A stretch of 52,230 bases of DNA from Promethearchaeota archaeon (GCA_048938385.1 JBHLMG010000016.1:1-52230), one strand, 5' to 3'; positions 29,665-39,721 are shown, counted from the stretch's first letter. Numbers and translations: made by a program. The notes: generated by a model not told the origin, from the sequence alone.

Positions 29665-31191
29665 ATGTGTAGTCAAATCGACGAAAAGGTCATGTCCCAG
29701 CCAGCGGTGGATACAAAAAGCAGTGGTTTTTGCCCATCCTGTCATATCAATATGGCTGAACGGTATTGCAAGGAATGCGGTCAAGTTTTTTGTTTACCAT
29801 GTGCACGTCAAGAGCTCGTTGAGTTTCTGACCTGCGCTCGTTGTGGCCCTGAACACATCGAAGAACAAGAAGATGGCGAGTGGAAATGTACCGAGTGTGA
29901 AGAAGAAGCCCAGAGTGCCACTCGGCGTGTTTACCTATGTCCAAATTGTGGATCTGAAGCAATCGTGCCCATCCACAATATGCGACAAGACTTAGTTGGA
30001 CAGTATCGAACGACTTACTATCGGCTACGAACAGGCCATGAACTCCTGGCAGGATTTGCTGCACGCTTACGCATCCTACGCTGGCGAATCCGTGAACTTC
30101 GAATGGCTAGTTTCCTTCATGACCCAGAAGTTGAAAAGGAACTCTTGGAGTTAATGAGGACGGAGTTACCAAGTGTTCAAGAACGCATCCTCTTTCGGGC
30201 ACGGAATGTGGTGGAACGCCACCAAGCCAGTAAAACCCGATTTATGCAGCCTGAACGGTGGACCATCACGGATTTTCCACTACTCGCAGGACTTATTGAG
30301 GCGATCCAAGAAGATGTCGCCGATTATCAAGCGTATTGTCGTGATCTCGTTAATGGATTAGATGTGAAACTTGCCACTATTGAAGATCGGTTAACACAAA
30401 TGGCAGAATGGCACAAACTCTTCAATGATCACATCGAATATCTTCCCATTCTTGAAAACGAACGCCCGGTTGCGGCCATTCAACCCGTCAATTTGACTAA
30501 ATCCGAAAGGAGCGAGGGAATGAGTAATGGCATCCTATTCATTACGACGCAACGGCTCCTATTCCTGGGACGGAAGGGATTCTTTACTAAGGAAACTCGT
30601 GTCGTACACACGATCCGTTTAGAAAATGTCACTCATGTTGAACTACAAGGACGGCTTCGTCGACGCGTGCAAGTCATCGCTGACGAAGAGGAAATTAAAA
30701 TTGGTGGACCCTCCAAGACACTAGAAGCGATTCCCGACGCAATCGCGCTAGCTGAAACTTTTTCACAGCATAGTTTAGTTACCAAGAGTGGTTCGCTTCG
30801 TATATTGAATGAGAAAGTCGATGTTTCCTCGCTGCGCGACGAAGTTGACAAGCTCATCAATTATGCCATGGCTTCTGAAAACGGTCTGAAGGCAGATCAG
30901 TTTGATCCACGACGATCCCACCCGGGGTATGAGGGATATTACCCTGATTCGTTTTTTTCAAAGGAGTTGCGGGAAGATGCTCTAGAACATAACCCCCTCT
31001 TCCAACTGGAGCAACGGAAATTCAGTATTGAGTCAACGATGGAGGTATTGAAAACGCAATTCGAAGAGGGGAAACTGTCTGATGAGAAATTCTTCAAACA
31101 ATACCGTGCACTAACTCAAGAACTCTACCTAGTAGAGGCACAGATAAGGAAGCGACGAACTCGAAGCGGTCTTGAGGAGCCGCGATTTTAG
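29665..31191 (+). CDS. Multidomain putative ESCRT adaptor: B-box-like and zinc-ribbon Cys clusters, helical region, PH/GRAM-like domain, C-terminal steadiness box (Vps23-like)
   Basis: Six CxxC pairs; GILFITTQRLLF...IRLENV PH-like pattern; SIESTMEVLKTQFEEGKLSDEKFFKQYRALTQELY steadiness-box-like; convergent with the ESCRT-III pair. Confidence 0.7.
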   Translation: MCSQIDEKVMSQPAVDTKSSGFCPSCHINMAERYCKECGQVFCLPCARQELVEFLTCARCGPEHIEEQEDGEWKCTECEEEAQSATRRVYLCPNCGSEAIVPIHNMRQDLVGQYRTTYYRLRTGHELLAGFAARLRILRWRIRELRMASFLHDPEVEKELLELMRTELPSVQERILFRARNVVERHQASKTRFMQPERWTITDFPLLAGLIEAIQEDVADYQAYCRDLVNGLDVKLATIEDRLTQMAEWHKLFNDHIEYLPILENERPVAAIQPVNLTKSERSEGMSNGILFITTQRLLFLGRKGFFTKETRVVHTIRLENVTHVELQGRLRRRVQVIADEEEIKIGGPSKTLEAIPDAIALAETFSQHSLVTKSGSLRILNEKVDVSSLRDEVDKLINYAMASENGLKADQFDPRRSHPGYEGYYPDSFFSKELREDALEHNPLFQLEQRKFSIESTMEVLKTQFEEGKLSDEKFFKQYRALTQELYLVEAQIRKRRTRSGLEEPRF

Positions 31192-31218
31192 CTTATCTGT
31201 TGTAGGGGTTCATCCCAG

Positions 31219-31851
31219 CTACTCTTGCACTTCTTTCTTCATTCGTTCGAGTTCACGACGAGTGCGTTCACGACGCTCCTCAGAAGTTTCTAACACTTCA
31301 GCTTCGCCTTCTGGGACAGAGGGAAGCTGACCAGCTTCTTCGAGAGCGATCATCGTTTCGATATCTTCGAGTTCAGCATCAACTTCAGCATCAAGTTCTT
31401 CATCTTCAAGACCTAATCCGAGAATTTCTTCAGTAGCTTCAGCCTCTTCGATGAGTGCTTGTGTTTCGAGGATGACTTCTCGGGCGACCTCCGGTGAAGC
31501 CGTCTCGCGGAGATTATTGAGCTCATTGCCAATTCCCTTCAGTGCAGAAATCACTTCTGTTTCACTGCGGGCCTGGTTAATGGCCTCAACGCCGCGTTCC
31601 ATCAGGTCGATTTCTTGTTCAAGCAATCGAGCCTTACGTAAGTATCGTTGGCGCCGCCGGAGTTGCATTTTAGCAGCTTTTCTGTCACCTCGACGAACAT
31701 TTCGGACAGCTTTGATTCTTGAATCACTCGCCTTGGTCTCGTATTGGCGACTACGGACCTCTAATTTGTCCGTGACCTTGTGAATCCGAGCAATGGTGTC
31801 TTCTTTTGGTTCAGGTTTTTTTGGAAAGAGTTTTTCCCAGAACTTTACCAT
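31219..31851 (-). CDS. ESCRT-III subunit, Snf7/Vps20/32/60 (CHMP4-7) class
   Basis: N-terminal amphipathic FWEKLF, basic helices with KAAKMQLRRRQRY, acidic tail ELDAEVDAELEDI, MIM2-like LPSVP. Confidence 0.88.
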   Translation of the reverse strand: MVKFWEKLFPKKPEPKEDTIARIHKVTDKLEVRSRQYETKASDSRIKAVRNVRRGDRKAAKMQLRRRQRYLRKARLLEQEIDLMERGVEAINQARSETEVISALKGIGNELNNLRETASPEVAREVILETQALIEEAEATEEILGLGLEDEELDAEVDAELEDIETMIALEEAGQLPSVPEGEAEVLETSEERRERTRRELERMKKEVQE

Positions 31852-31854
31852 GGA

Positions 31855-32466
31855 CTAACCCTCCTCCTTTAATCGTTGAATTTCTTTTTCGAGCTCAGAG
31901 ACTCGTTTTTCAGGTTCTGGCAGGGAGGTACCGGTTTCGATTTCGATTTCGGAGTCTAATTCCTTCAACGCGTCTTTGACTTCACCATCGGTGACCTCGG
32001 TGGAGACCGCCATTCGTTCAATGCCAGCCTCAGCTACTTCTTGGGTCATTTCGAAGTGTCGCAGGTTTCCTTCAATCTGGTCAACCAGTTGGGCAACTTC
32101 GGGTACCTTGACTTGGTTCTTTAGCCCGCCTAATGCGGCATTCAGTTGTCCCAAGATTTTTGCAACATCGCCGATTGCCTGGCTCTGTCGTAATTGAGCT
32201 TGAAGACCTTCAATGCGTAATCGATAAGCATCCACACTTAACGCCCATTTCTGGAAGCGTAATTGGTGTTGTAGATACATTCGAGTGGCATCCATGTTAC
32301 CGGAAAGCCGGTACTTCTTTGCGCGTTGACGGCTTGAACTAGCTTCCTTTTCTAACATCTTTCGCTGTAAATCGAGTTTTCGACAAAAAACATCCAGACG
32401 GAAAATCAGCTTGTTTAAGTCAGGACCGCCACCTAGCCAATTCATAAATCGGCGAATAGCAGACAT
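31855..32466 (-). CDS. ESCRT-III subunit, Vps2/24/46 (CHMP1-3) class
   Basis: LIFRL...KL...LEKE, GNMDATRMY, CHMP1-like helix pattern, C-terminal MIM1-like ELEKEIQRLK; amphipathic N-terminus RRFMNWL. Confidence 0.88.
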   Translation of the reverse strand: MSAIRRFMNWLGGGPDLNKLIFRLDVFCRKLDLQRKMLEKEASSSRQRAKKYRLSGNMDATRMYLQHQLRFQKWALSVDAYRLRIEGLQAQLRQSQAIGDVAKILGQLNAALGGLKNQVKVPEVAQLVDQIEGNLRHFEMTQEVAEAGIERMAVSTEVTDGEVKDALKELDSEIEIETGTSLPEPEKRVSELEKEIQRLKEEG

Positions 32467-32588
32467 TGTCGTTACACCTATCACTGGAATCCTTCTAAGC
32501 CAAACTTATTATCTTTTCGACTTTCTCCGGCTATCCATCTTTTCATCGAGTGAAACCTATAACCTGTCGAGAGAGTAAACCCAAGAAT

Positions 32589-33431
32589 TTAGGTCTTGTA
32601 GGCGTAGATGTGGTTGTGTTGTAACCAGGCACACTCGTATCCGTGCGAGGTAAACCAGGTTTCTAGTTGTTCTTTTTGACCTTCTTCTTCCCAATTGTGC
32701 AGTTCTACACACCAGCTCTGAACCTGGTCCAGGACAGGTTCTGCGCCTTCAAGAACAAGCCATTCTGCCCCCTCAACATCTACTTTCACCAAGTCAGCAG
32801 AGCGGTCTTTCAAAATAGACGCAAGAGTTTGGGTTTGAACCTTAATTTTTTTTCCTGTGAGCGCGCCAACAATTCGATCAGTGCCGGGTAATCGATGGCC
32901 CTTGGCATGTGTATCAACGAGAGAGTGACTCTCAGCACTTACCGCTAGATGTAGATAGGCGGATCCATCCTGATCAGAAATCGCGCATTGAAGGCATTGA
33001 ACATTCGGAAGCTTAGCTTGGGTGACATTAGCTTTCAAATAAGCGAAGGTTCCCGGCGCGGGTTCAATAGAGATAACATGTTCATACCTTTTGCCTAGAA
33101 GCACGGTATACCTACCAACATTAGCCCCGATATCTACAAAGAGGTTGCCACTAGTTTTGGCAAGGAAGGTGGCTAATTCACCCTCATAGGTTCCTGGGAA
33201 CCTGAATAAGGTGGATTCGATTTTTGGCAGCAACCCTTCTAAATGAAGCCGCTTACAAATATAGTAGAGGTATTCATGAAACGAAACTTCATCTGCGAAT
33301 TTTCGAAGGGCTTGGGAAACCCGAACGGGTACGAGCAGAAGGATAAGACTTAACACTAGAATGGGGAGCTCCCGCAAAGTCGGAGGAGACACGAAAATGT
33401 GAGATTTTATTGGAGTACGAGAATCCACCAA
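32589..33431 (-). CDS. FkbM-family SAM-dependent methyltransferase
   Basis: FVDIGANVG, SIEP, VKVDVEGAE, VELH; start uncertain. Confidence 0.88.
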   Translation of the reverse strand: MVDSRTPIKSHIFVSPPTLRELPILVLSLILLLVPVRVSQALRKFADEVSFHEYLYYICKRLHLEGLLPKIESTLFRFPGTYEGELATFLAKTSGNLFVDIGANVGRYTVLLGKRYEHVISIEPAPGTFAYLKANVTQAKLPNVQCLQCAISDQDGSAYLHLAVSAESHSLVDTHAKGHRLPGTDRIVGALTGKKIKVQTQTLASILKDRSADLVKVDVEGAEWLVLEGAEPVLDQVQSWCVELHNWEEEGQKEQLETWFTSHGYECAWLQHNHIYAYKT

Positions 33432-33664
33432 TAGATTTCACCTCTGTTGCGAAAAGACAACTACCTTGCACCTTCATAACTAGCTCATTTGGGCAACTAA
33501 TTTTAGCAGAACTCCTGGTTCTTAGAGGTTATATTATTTCTGCGCATCACAAGGGTTATAAGAATTCTAGAGTGTTGCTTGTTAATTAAGCTCATTAGCT
33601 TCTGGGTTCTCAACTGACACTCAAACCCATGTTCCGCTCAGAATGCCGTTGGGAGAAGTCCTAT

Positions 33665-35296
33665 ATGACCCAAAAATCCCCTATAGTTCAACGGTTGAGC
33701 TTTTCCAAGGAGTGGTTGTGGGTTCTTGTTCCCATCAGCGTATTTTTAATTTTTCTCACTTTGCTTCCGTGCTGGATATTAGAAGATGGCTACATCATGT
33801 TGAGGTATGCCCGAAATATTGCATACGGATTTGGTGTGGTGTATAATCCGGGAGATGCACCTGTTTGGGGATGTACTTCCATGCTTACCACTGTCACCCT
33901 TGCAGCGATGATACGAGCGGGATTGGTCCCTGAAATGGCTTCGGCGGTGTTGGGTATTATAACAGGGATCTCATTGATTGTTCTGGTTTTTTGTATTGAA
34001 CGAAAGATCCTCGGATTAGGAACTTTTCCTTCGGTCGCCTCCTGTTGTATCCTAGCCATAAGCCAACTCGTAAGTCTAGCGTTAATGGGATTTGATGTGC
34101 TCTTGTTCACATTTATGATGACGCTCCTTTTCGGTGTTAGCCTATGGGCGGTGCTGGGTTCCAGGTCGAAGAATCCTGGAGTTCCTTTACCTGCGTTATC
34201 CGTCGTTGCGATTTTGCTTTCACTAACAAGACCCGAAGGTGCGCTTGTCAGCGTTTCAACGCTGGTTGTGGTGATGTGGCTCCGTAGAGACCTTAGTCGC
34301 CTGATGTTTTTCCTGCGCGTTATTCTTCCCTATATTGTTGTAATTGCACTCTTTTACACTTGGACAATTTTCTATTTTGGCTGGCCGCTTCCCAATCCCT
34401 TCTATGTAAAAACCGGCGACCTCCTCATCTACCCCAGTGCGATTTTAGTTCTCGGATTTTTCATGTTGCATTACATCGCCCCAATTACCATCGTGGCATT
34501 GTGGATCCATTCAGTTGACCGCCAAGTGTATCGAAGCCTTTTCATCCTGACCATTCCTGCGTTATTGTATACCCTAGCGTATTTCGCGATCAATCAGATT
34601 CAGAACATCGAATTACGCTTTCAATTCCCTACCCTTCCAATCTTACTCATCTACTTTGCACAAGCCCTTGCGTTTTTCCAGCCCCAACTATTTGTAAAAA
34701 CTGAGTCATTAATCAAATTTGGCAAGCGGGATAGGCTAACGATCGCAGTCGTGGTCCTGCTCATTATTGCTTTTGTGCAACCAGCAGTATATCGTGGCCT
34801 GACCTTACCATGGGGTGAACACCCCGATGCCTTATATGTTGGACAGAGCCTACACGCTTACAGAAACAACGGTTACACCATGGTAGTTTCAGAAGCCGGA
34901 GGCATTCCCTTTTACGCAGACTGGCACACCATTGATGCCTTTGGTCTCAACGACCCCGTAATTGCACATTATGGATTGACGAATGATTACCTCGCCGTGT
35001 TGGATCCTGAAATTATTATGTTTAACCAGCCCTGGTACACTGAGGATACCCCCGAATGGGCATCAAGTACGGATCCTTGGGATGTCATGTGCCGAACCCT
35101 ATACCTGTATGCTGAATCTCATAACTACACCCTTGCTTGCATTTACCGTGTATATTTACAGATGGATGGCGTGCACTATCCCTATGGTAATCACTGGTAT
35201 TATGTACGCAACAATTTCACCGATAGCGTCGCCATCATCAGTTTGTTACAATCCTTTGATGGACTCGTCTATGTCTATCCGACATCGGTAAGTTAA
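33665..35296 (+). CDS. GT-C-fold membrane glycosyltransferase (AftB/ArnT-like)
   Basis: EDGYIMLRYARN..G.G.VYNPG, TRPEG, PLPNPFYVK, many TM helices, extracellular C-terminal domain with AGGIPF and DAFGLND. Confidence 0.72.
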   Translation: MTQKSPIVQRLSFSKEWLWVLVPISVFLIFLTLLPCWILEDGYIMLRYARNIAYGFGVVYNPGDAPVWGCTSMLTTVTLAAMIRAGLVPEMASAVLGIITGISLIVLVFCIERKILGLGTFPSVASCCILAISQLVSLALMGFDVLLFTFMMTLLFGVSLWAVLGSRSKNPGVPLPALSVVAILLSLTRPEGALVSVSTLVVVMWLRRDLSRLMFFLRVILPYIVVIALFYTWTIFYFGWPLPNPFYVKTGDLLIYPSAILVLGFFMLHYIAPITIVALWIHSVDRQVYRSLFILTIPALLYTLAYFAINQIQNIELRFQFPTLPILLIYFAQALAFFQPQLFVKTESLIKFGKRDRLTIAVVVLLIIAFVQPAVYRGLTLPWGEHPDALYVGQSLHAYRNNGYTMVVSEAGGIPFYADWHTIDAFGLNDPVIAHYGLTNDYLAVLDPEIIMFNQPWYTEDTPEWASSTDPWDVMCRTLYLYAESHNYTLACIYRVYLQMDGVHYPYGNHWYYVRNNFTDSVAIISLLQSFDGLVYVYPTSVS

Positions 35297-35533
35297 AGCC
35301 GTGAAATGTGCCTTGGCATCGACTTGGTGGTTATTGCGAGTTGCCGCTAGATTCTAACGATGTTGTAGCGATTTGAACAATAAACGACACCCCCTGTCAA
35401 ACTGGTGCCTGTAAGCATCGAGGTTAACCGTAGCATCATACAAGATGAAAAAGCGAAAAACCCCTTTATTTGACTAAACTCAGCATAGTTCTTGAGAATT
35501 GGAAAGGGGTTGTTAAGTCGGTTATCTTAGAGG

Positions 35534-36088
35534 CTAGAATAGTCCAAGGTAGCGTAATAGCCCGATGAAATGGTAGATAATAGCAATAACAGTACCAAGA
35601 AGCCCAATCCATTGAAGGCTCGTTGCGAATCGTTGATGAGAACTAATTCGTGTGGCATCTTCAGGTTGGTAGGCCTCGGGAACGGATTCAGGGTGTTTTA
35701 TTCCCTTTGGTCCGAAGGCATCGACCTCCGGGAAAATGTCAACTTCGATAACCCCCCTGGTGATTAGCTTGCTGAGATTGTGAACAAAGTCATATTTTTT
35801 CAAATTGAGCATAAGTGCTGTGCTAGTTATGCGTGTAAGGCGGGTAATCGAAGAGACGAAACCAGCGACGATTCGGAGTCGTCTTAATTCATTCCATTGA
35901 CTAGCAGCAATCCACACGCCTAAGAAGACAAAAATAAGTGGAACAGAAAACCATGGTACATTAAATGCTAACAGAAATCCAAAGGCAATCATGCTTATTA
36001 TCGTGATGGCAACCCCAACTCCTATAACGATGAGGTAGCCTTCAGTAAGCCGTCCGAAGTTCTTTTGGTCTAGTCTCAATGGTATCAC
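35534..36088 (-). CDS. Hypothetical membrane protein with central winged-helix/PCI-like segment
   Basis: Two N-terminal TMs, LSKLITRGVI helix-wing-like segment, C-terminal TM. Confidence 0.5.
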   Translation of the reverse strand: MIPLRLDQKNFGRLTEGYLIVIGVGVAITIISMIAFGFLLAFNVPWFSVPLIFVFLGVWIAASQWNELRRLRIVAGFVSSITRLTRITSTALMLNLKKYDFVHNLSKLITRGVIEVDIFPEVDAFGPKGIKHPESVPEAYQPEDATRISSHQRFATSLQWIGLLGTVIAIIYHFIGLLRYLGLF

Positions 36089-36233
36089 GGTAATTACAAC
36101 AGTTACTGAGTCGGATTCATATAACGCATTTATTTATATTTTATCTATAGTTATAGCCGTTTACTGCTAAAAAGGAGAACAGACCTAGAAAGCAATACCG
36201 CTGAAAGCTAAAAAACAAAACAGGATTTCACCA

Positions 36234-37568
36234 GTGATTTCAATGATTCAAGTAAATCTAATCCCCCACCCGCTCTTAGTAATCGGTTTGATCATCGTTT
36301 TAGCAGTGATAAGCGGGGAAGTTCAGCGTCGGTTGGGGATTCCACAAGTACTCGGTTTCATCATTATCGGGATAATATTAGGACCTGTTTTTTTCGGGTT
36401 AATTGATGAAACCCTCCTTACGCTTTCCCCAATCATCACTGCGATTGCGCTAGGTTTCATTGGATATAACATTGGAAACGAATTCAGAATTTCAACGGTT
36501 AAAAAAGAAGCCCGTAAACTCCTTCCAATCCTGGTAGCGGAGACCATCGGGACTTATTTCCTTGTATTTTTTGTTATTTTATTTTGGCTGCGTGATCCCT
36601 TACTAGCAATACTTTTAGGGAGTTTAGCTGCCGCGACGGCGCCTGCTGCCACAGCCGACATTATCTGGGAGTTCAAAAGCAAGGGACCTGTCACAGATTC
36701 GCTCATGTTTATTCTCATCATGGATGATGTTATCGCAATAATCCTAACCAGTATAGCCATCAGCGTTGTCGTATTGTTCCTCAATCCGCTGAGTGTCACT
36801 CTGTTTCAAATAATCGCCACCCCAGCCATCGATATTGGGGTTTCGCTTCTTATTGGTGCAGGATTTGGTTTTCTTCTCGCTCATTTTTTACAGAATGTGA
36901 AGGACCATGGTCGTTACATTCTGCTTCTGATTAGCGTCATTCTCTTAATCATTGGGATTGCAGAATTGTTGCAGGCAAGTTATCTACTTACATGCATGGT
37001 GTTTGGAATTGTTCTCAGCAATCGTGTTCCCAAAGAATCAATAGAATTAGGCAACGAAGCAGAAAAAATATTGAGCCCATTCATCCTCCTCTTCTTCGTA
37101 TTTTTTGGAGCAGGCATGATTGATCCCACGCTTTTCATCACTGGAGGCATCCTAGTGGTTACTACTGCGATTCTGTATGTGATTGCGCGCACTGTTGGCA
37201 AGTATTTTAGTACGCGGCTGGCAGCTAAAGCCAGTGAGAACCCACCTACTGTCGTCCGATATCTGGGATTGTGTTTATTTAGCCAAGCCGGTGTAGCTGT
37301 TGGATTAAGCGTCGTGATAGCAGACTACATGGCGCAATTAGGAGCCCCACAATATGCCACAATCATCGTTGGAGTGATTGGCCTCTCAACCTTAATCTTT
37401 CAACTCTTTGGACCATTAGCCGTTAAAACTGCCATCCATAGAGCAGGTGAAGTAAACAGCGAGAACAATCATGAAGTCCAAGAATCCTCTGAAACCGTTG
37501 ACACAAGAGCCAGACAAGAAGATCTCAGTTTTGATGAGAATACTGAACCCACTTCTAGGTCAGAATAG
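36234..37568 (+). CDS. Cation:proton antiporter (Na+/H+ exchanger family)
   Basis: IPQVLGFIIIGIILGP, AATAPAAT, MDD, FFVFFGA, ARTVGK, QAGVAVGL. Confidence 0.9.
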   Translation: MISMIQVNLIPHPLLVIGLIIVLAVISGEVQRRLGIPQVLGFIIIGIILGPVFFGLIDETLLTLSPIITAIALGFIGYNIGNEFRISTVKKEARKLLPILVAETIGTYFLVFFVILFWLRDPLLAILLGSLAAATAPAATADIIWEFKSKGPVTDSLMFILIMDDVIAIILTSIAISVVVLFLNPLSVTLFQIIATPAIDIGVSLLIGAGFGFLLAHFLQNVKDHGRYILLLISVILLIIGIAELLQASYLLTCMVFGIVLSNRVPKESIELGNEAEKILSPFILLFFVFFGAGMIDPTLFITGGILVVTTAILYVIARTVGKYFSTRLAAKASENPPTVVRYLGLCLFSQAGVAVGLSVVIADYMAQLGAPQYATIIVGVIGLSTLIFQLFGPLAVKTAIHRAGEVNSENNHEVQESSETVDTRARQEDLSFDENTEPTSRSE

Positions 37569-37704
37569 TTCAACAATGAACCTTCAACACCGATCACCCG
37601 CCGATGAGACTAACCGAAGCATTTAGCCTAAAGTGAATGGCAGGAAGCTTATCATTAACACCAGTACCTCATTTATAGGTTGGAATAGGAGAAGGTTCTA
37701 CTTA

Positions 37705-39237
37705 ATGGCCGTCTCCGAACCTCTTTCCTCTTCAACCTATGACGACCGGGTGCCTGTGAAGGCAAAACTAGGGTTTAGTGTAGCCAATACCTCGAATGTG
37801 CTCTTGTCGGGTTTGGTTCTAGGGAGTATTGATATTTTTTATCTCAAATTTTTTAGTTTGGACCCCCGACTCATCGCAATCTCTTGGATCATATTCATGG
37901 TATGGAACGCGGTCAATGATCCCTTAATTGGTATTATCCAAGATAAAACGAGATCCAAGCTTGGGCGACGGATTCCCTATTTACGCTATGGGGCGGTTTT
38001 GTATACACTCTCTTTTCTTTTGGTCTGGTTTCCTTTCATTTATAATTCCCAATTCGGTTATTCTTTGTTTGTCCAATGGTTTCCGGGCATCGACACTATC
38101 GATATGGGTCTGTTTTGGAACCATTTGATGGTGTTGTTTATTTTCGACACCTTGTTTAGCATGATTGGCTTGATTTGTAACATTCTTCCTGCGGAGATGG
38201 CTGTCACCGCACAAGAACGGACAAATGTTGTAGTCTTCAGTACGGTTGTGGGGATACCTGGCTCAATCCTTCCGATGATTCTTCCGATTATGCTGCTCAC
38301 TGGAGACAGCCCCAATAAAACTAGCTTTTTGATCGTGATGGTAGTAATCGCAATTCTTGCTGGACTATTACTGTATGGAGGAAGCTACTTCATCAAGGAA
38401 AATCGCTACGCGGTGATCGAAGAAACACTGGGCTTTAAAGAGAGCTTTATTGAAACTTTCAAGAACAAACCGTTTCTTGTCATGGAGGTCACCATCTTTT
38501 CCTTCGTGGTACTCCAAGAATCGGTGTTTAGCGGATTGGTTTACTTGATAGATTATGTTTTGATCATCAACGGTTGGATCTCAATCGTATCCATCGTCCC
38601 AGTCGTGATCGTGTTTGGTTGGGTGCTATGGAAAATATTTAGCAAGATCTCCATTCTTGGGCTCCGTAAGACCATGTTGAGGGCGTCTTACTTTGCGCTA
38701 ACCGGGTTTGCCCTTCTCTTGGTGATCGGGTGGTTCTGGGGCCCCAGAGTCTCCGTGGAGATCGTCGGAGTTGCGCTCGGGTTAATGTTCGTTGGATTAC
38801 TGACATTCGTGATGACCAACCAACCCTTGATAGGGGAAGCTATTGATTATGATGAGATACGCACCGGGAAACGGCGTGAAACTACTTATTCGGGAGTTAA
38901 TGCGTTAATTACTAAACCCGCGGTGTCGATTGCTCATTTTGTCACCTTATCGATTATGGTAGCATATGGCTATAATGCAAACCTCCCGGTGTCAGCCCAA
39001 CCCATATCTGTGTCATATGGGGTCTTCCTCGCGTTTACGGTTGTGCCCATATGTTTCCTCCTTGTTAGCATCCTCGCAATGACGAAGTTCCCTCTTCACG
39101 GTGAAAGGTGGAGAGAACAAAAACACCAGTTGCAGGAGATACACATTCGGAAGGAACGGGAGTACCTGGCTTATTTGGAAGCGGAGATGTCTAACAGCGG
39201 AAAGAATGACAACGAGGAAACCCATTCTGTTAGATAA
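37705..39237 (+). CDS. MFS transporter, glycoside-pentoside-hexuronide (MelB-like) family
   Basis: WNAVNDPLIGIIQDKTRSKLGRRIPY, ERT, IDYDEIRTGKRRE. Confidence 0.9.
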   Translation: MAVSEPLSSSTYDDRVPVKAKLGFSVANTSNVLLSGLVLGSIDIFYLKFFSLDPRLIAISWIIFMVWNAVNDPLIGIIQDKTRSKLGRRIPYLRYGAVLYTLSFLLVWFPFIYNSQFGYSLFVQWFPGIDTIDMGLFWNHLMVLFIFDTLFSMIGLICNILPAEMAVTAQERTNVVVFSTVVGIPGSILPMILPIMLLTGDSPNKTSFLIVMVVIAILAGLLLYGGSYFIKENRYAVIEETLGFKESFIETFKNKPFLVMEVTIFSFVVLQESVFSGLVYLIDYVLIINGWISIVSIVPVVIVFGWVLWKIFSKISILGLRKTMLRASYFALTGFALLLVIGWFWGPRVSVEIVGVALGLMFVGLLTFVMTNQPLIGEAIDYDEIRTGKRRETTYSGVNALITKPAVSIAHFVTLSIMVAYGYNANLPVSAQPISVSYGVFLAFTVVPICFLLVSILAMTKFPLHGERWREQKHQLQEIHIRKEREYLAYLEAEMSNSGKNDNEETHSVR

Positions 39238-39454
39238 AAGGATGCAAATTGTCATCACACCATTGAAGCCACCAAAGCTCGACAACAATAATGGCTATCC
39301 ACCAATTACTACTCAAAGGATACAGTAACAAGTTTCCATATTTGCAATGCAACTAAACGATAGGATTAAATCGCCTTCGGATTGAATTATAAATGCAATT
39401 AAGCATTCTCACTGAGCTAGGAAATTCAGGTTAAACCTTAAGGAGTTAAGAAGG

Positions 39455-39721
39455 ATGACTGCCAAGAAATCTTTTACAGCAAAGGAGGCGAAAGAGATAG
39501 GGGAGAAACTAGGCATTAAATGGGATAAGTTCGATATCGAGCAATTTAGAAAAGGAATGGATGTAGAGTTGGAGCATGGCCGCCGTGATCCGCGGACTAA
39601 TGTCACTGATGATGATCCAATTCTAACTGGAAAGATTGCATGGGCGCATCTAATTGAGTTTCCAGACTATTATGAAAGACTTGAAAAGCTTGAGGAAGAA
39701 GCAAAGGCGTATTGGGAATAG
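39455..39721 (+). CDS. DUF5661-family small protein
   Basis: QFRKGMDVELEHG, TNVTDDD, KIAWAHL.EFPDYY.RL. Confidence 0.82.
   Translation: MTAKKSFTAKEAKEIGEKLGIKWDKFDIEQFRKGMDVELEHGRRDPRTNVTDDDPILTGKIAWAHLIEFPDYYERLEKLEEEAKAYWE

Noticed and set aside
35459-35526. 9-bp inverted repeat AACCCCTTT/AAAGGGGTT and a faint resemblance to the repeat 3' half; similar faint match near 44896-44970
   Set aside because: Too little similarity to call by eye; may simply be terminator-like sequence
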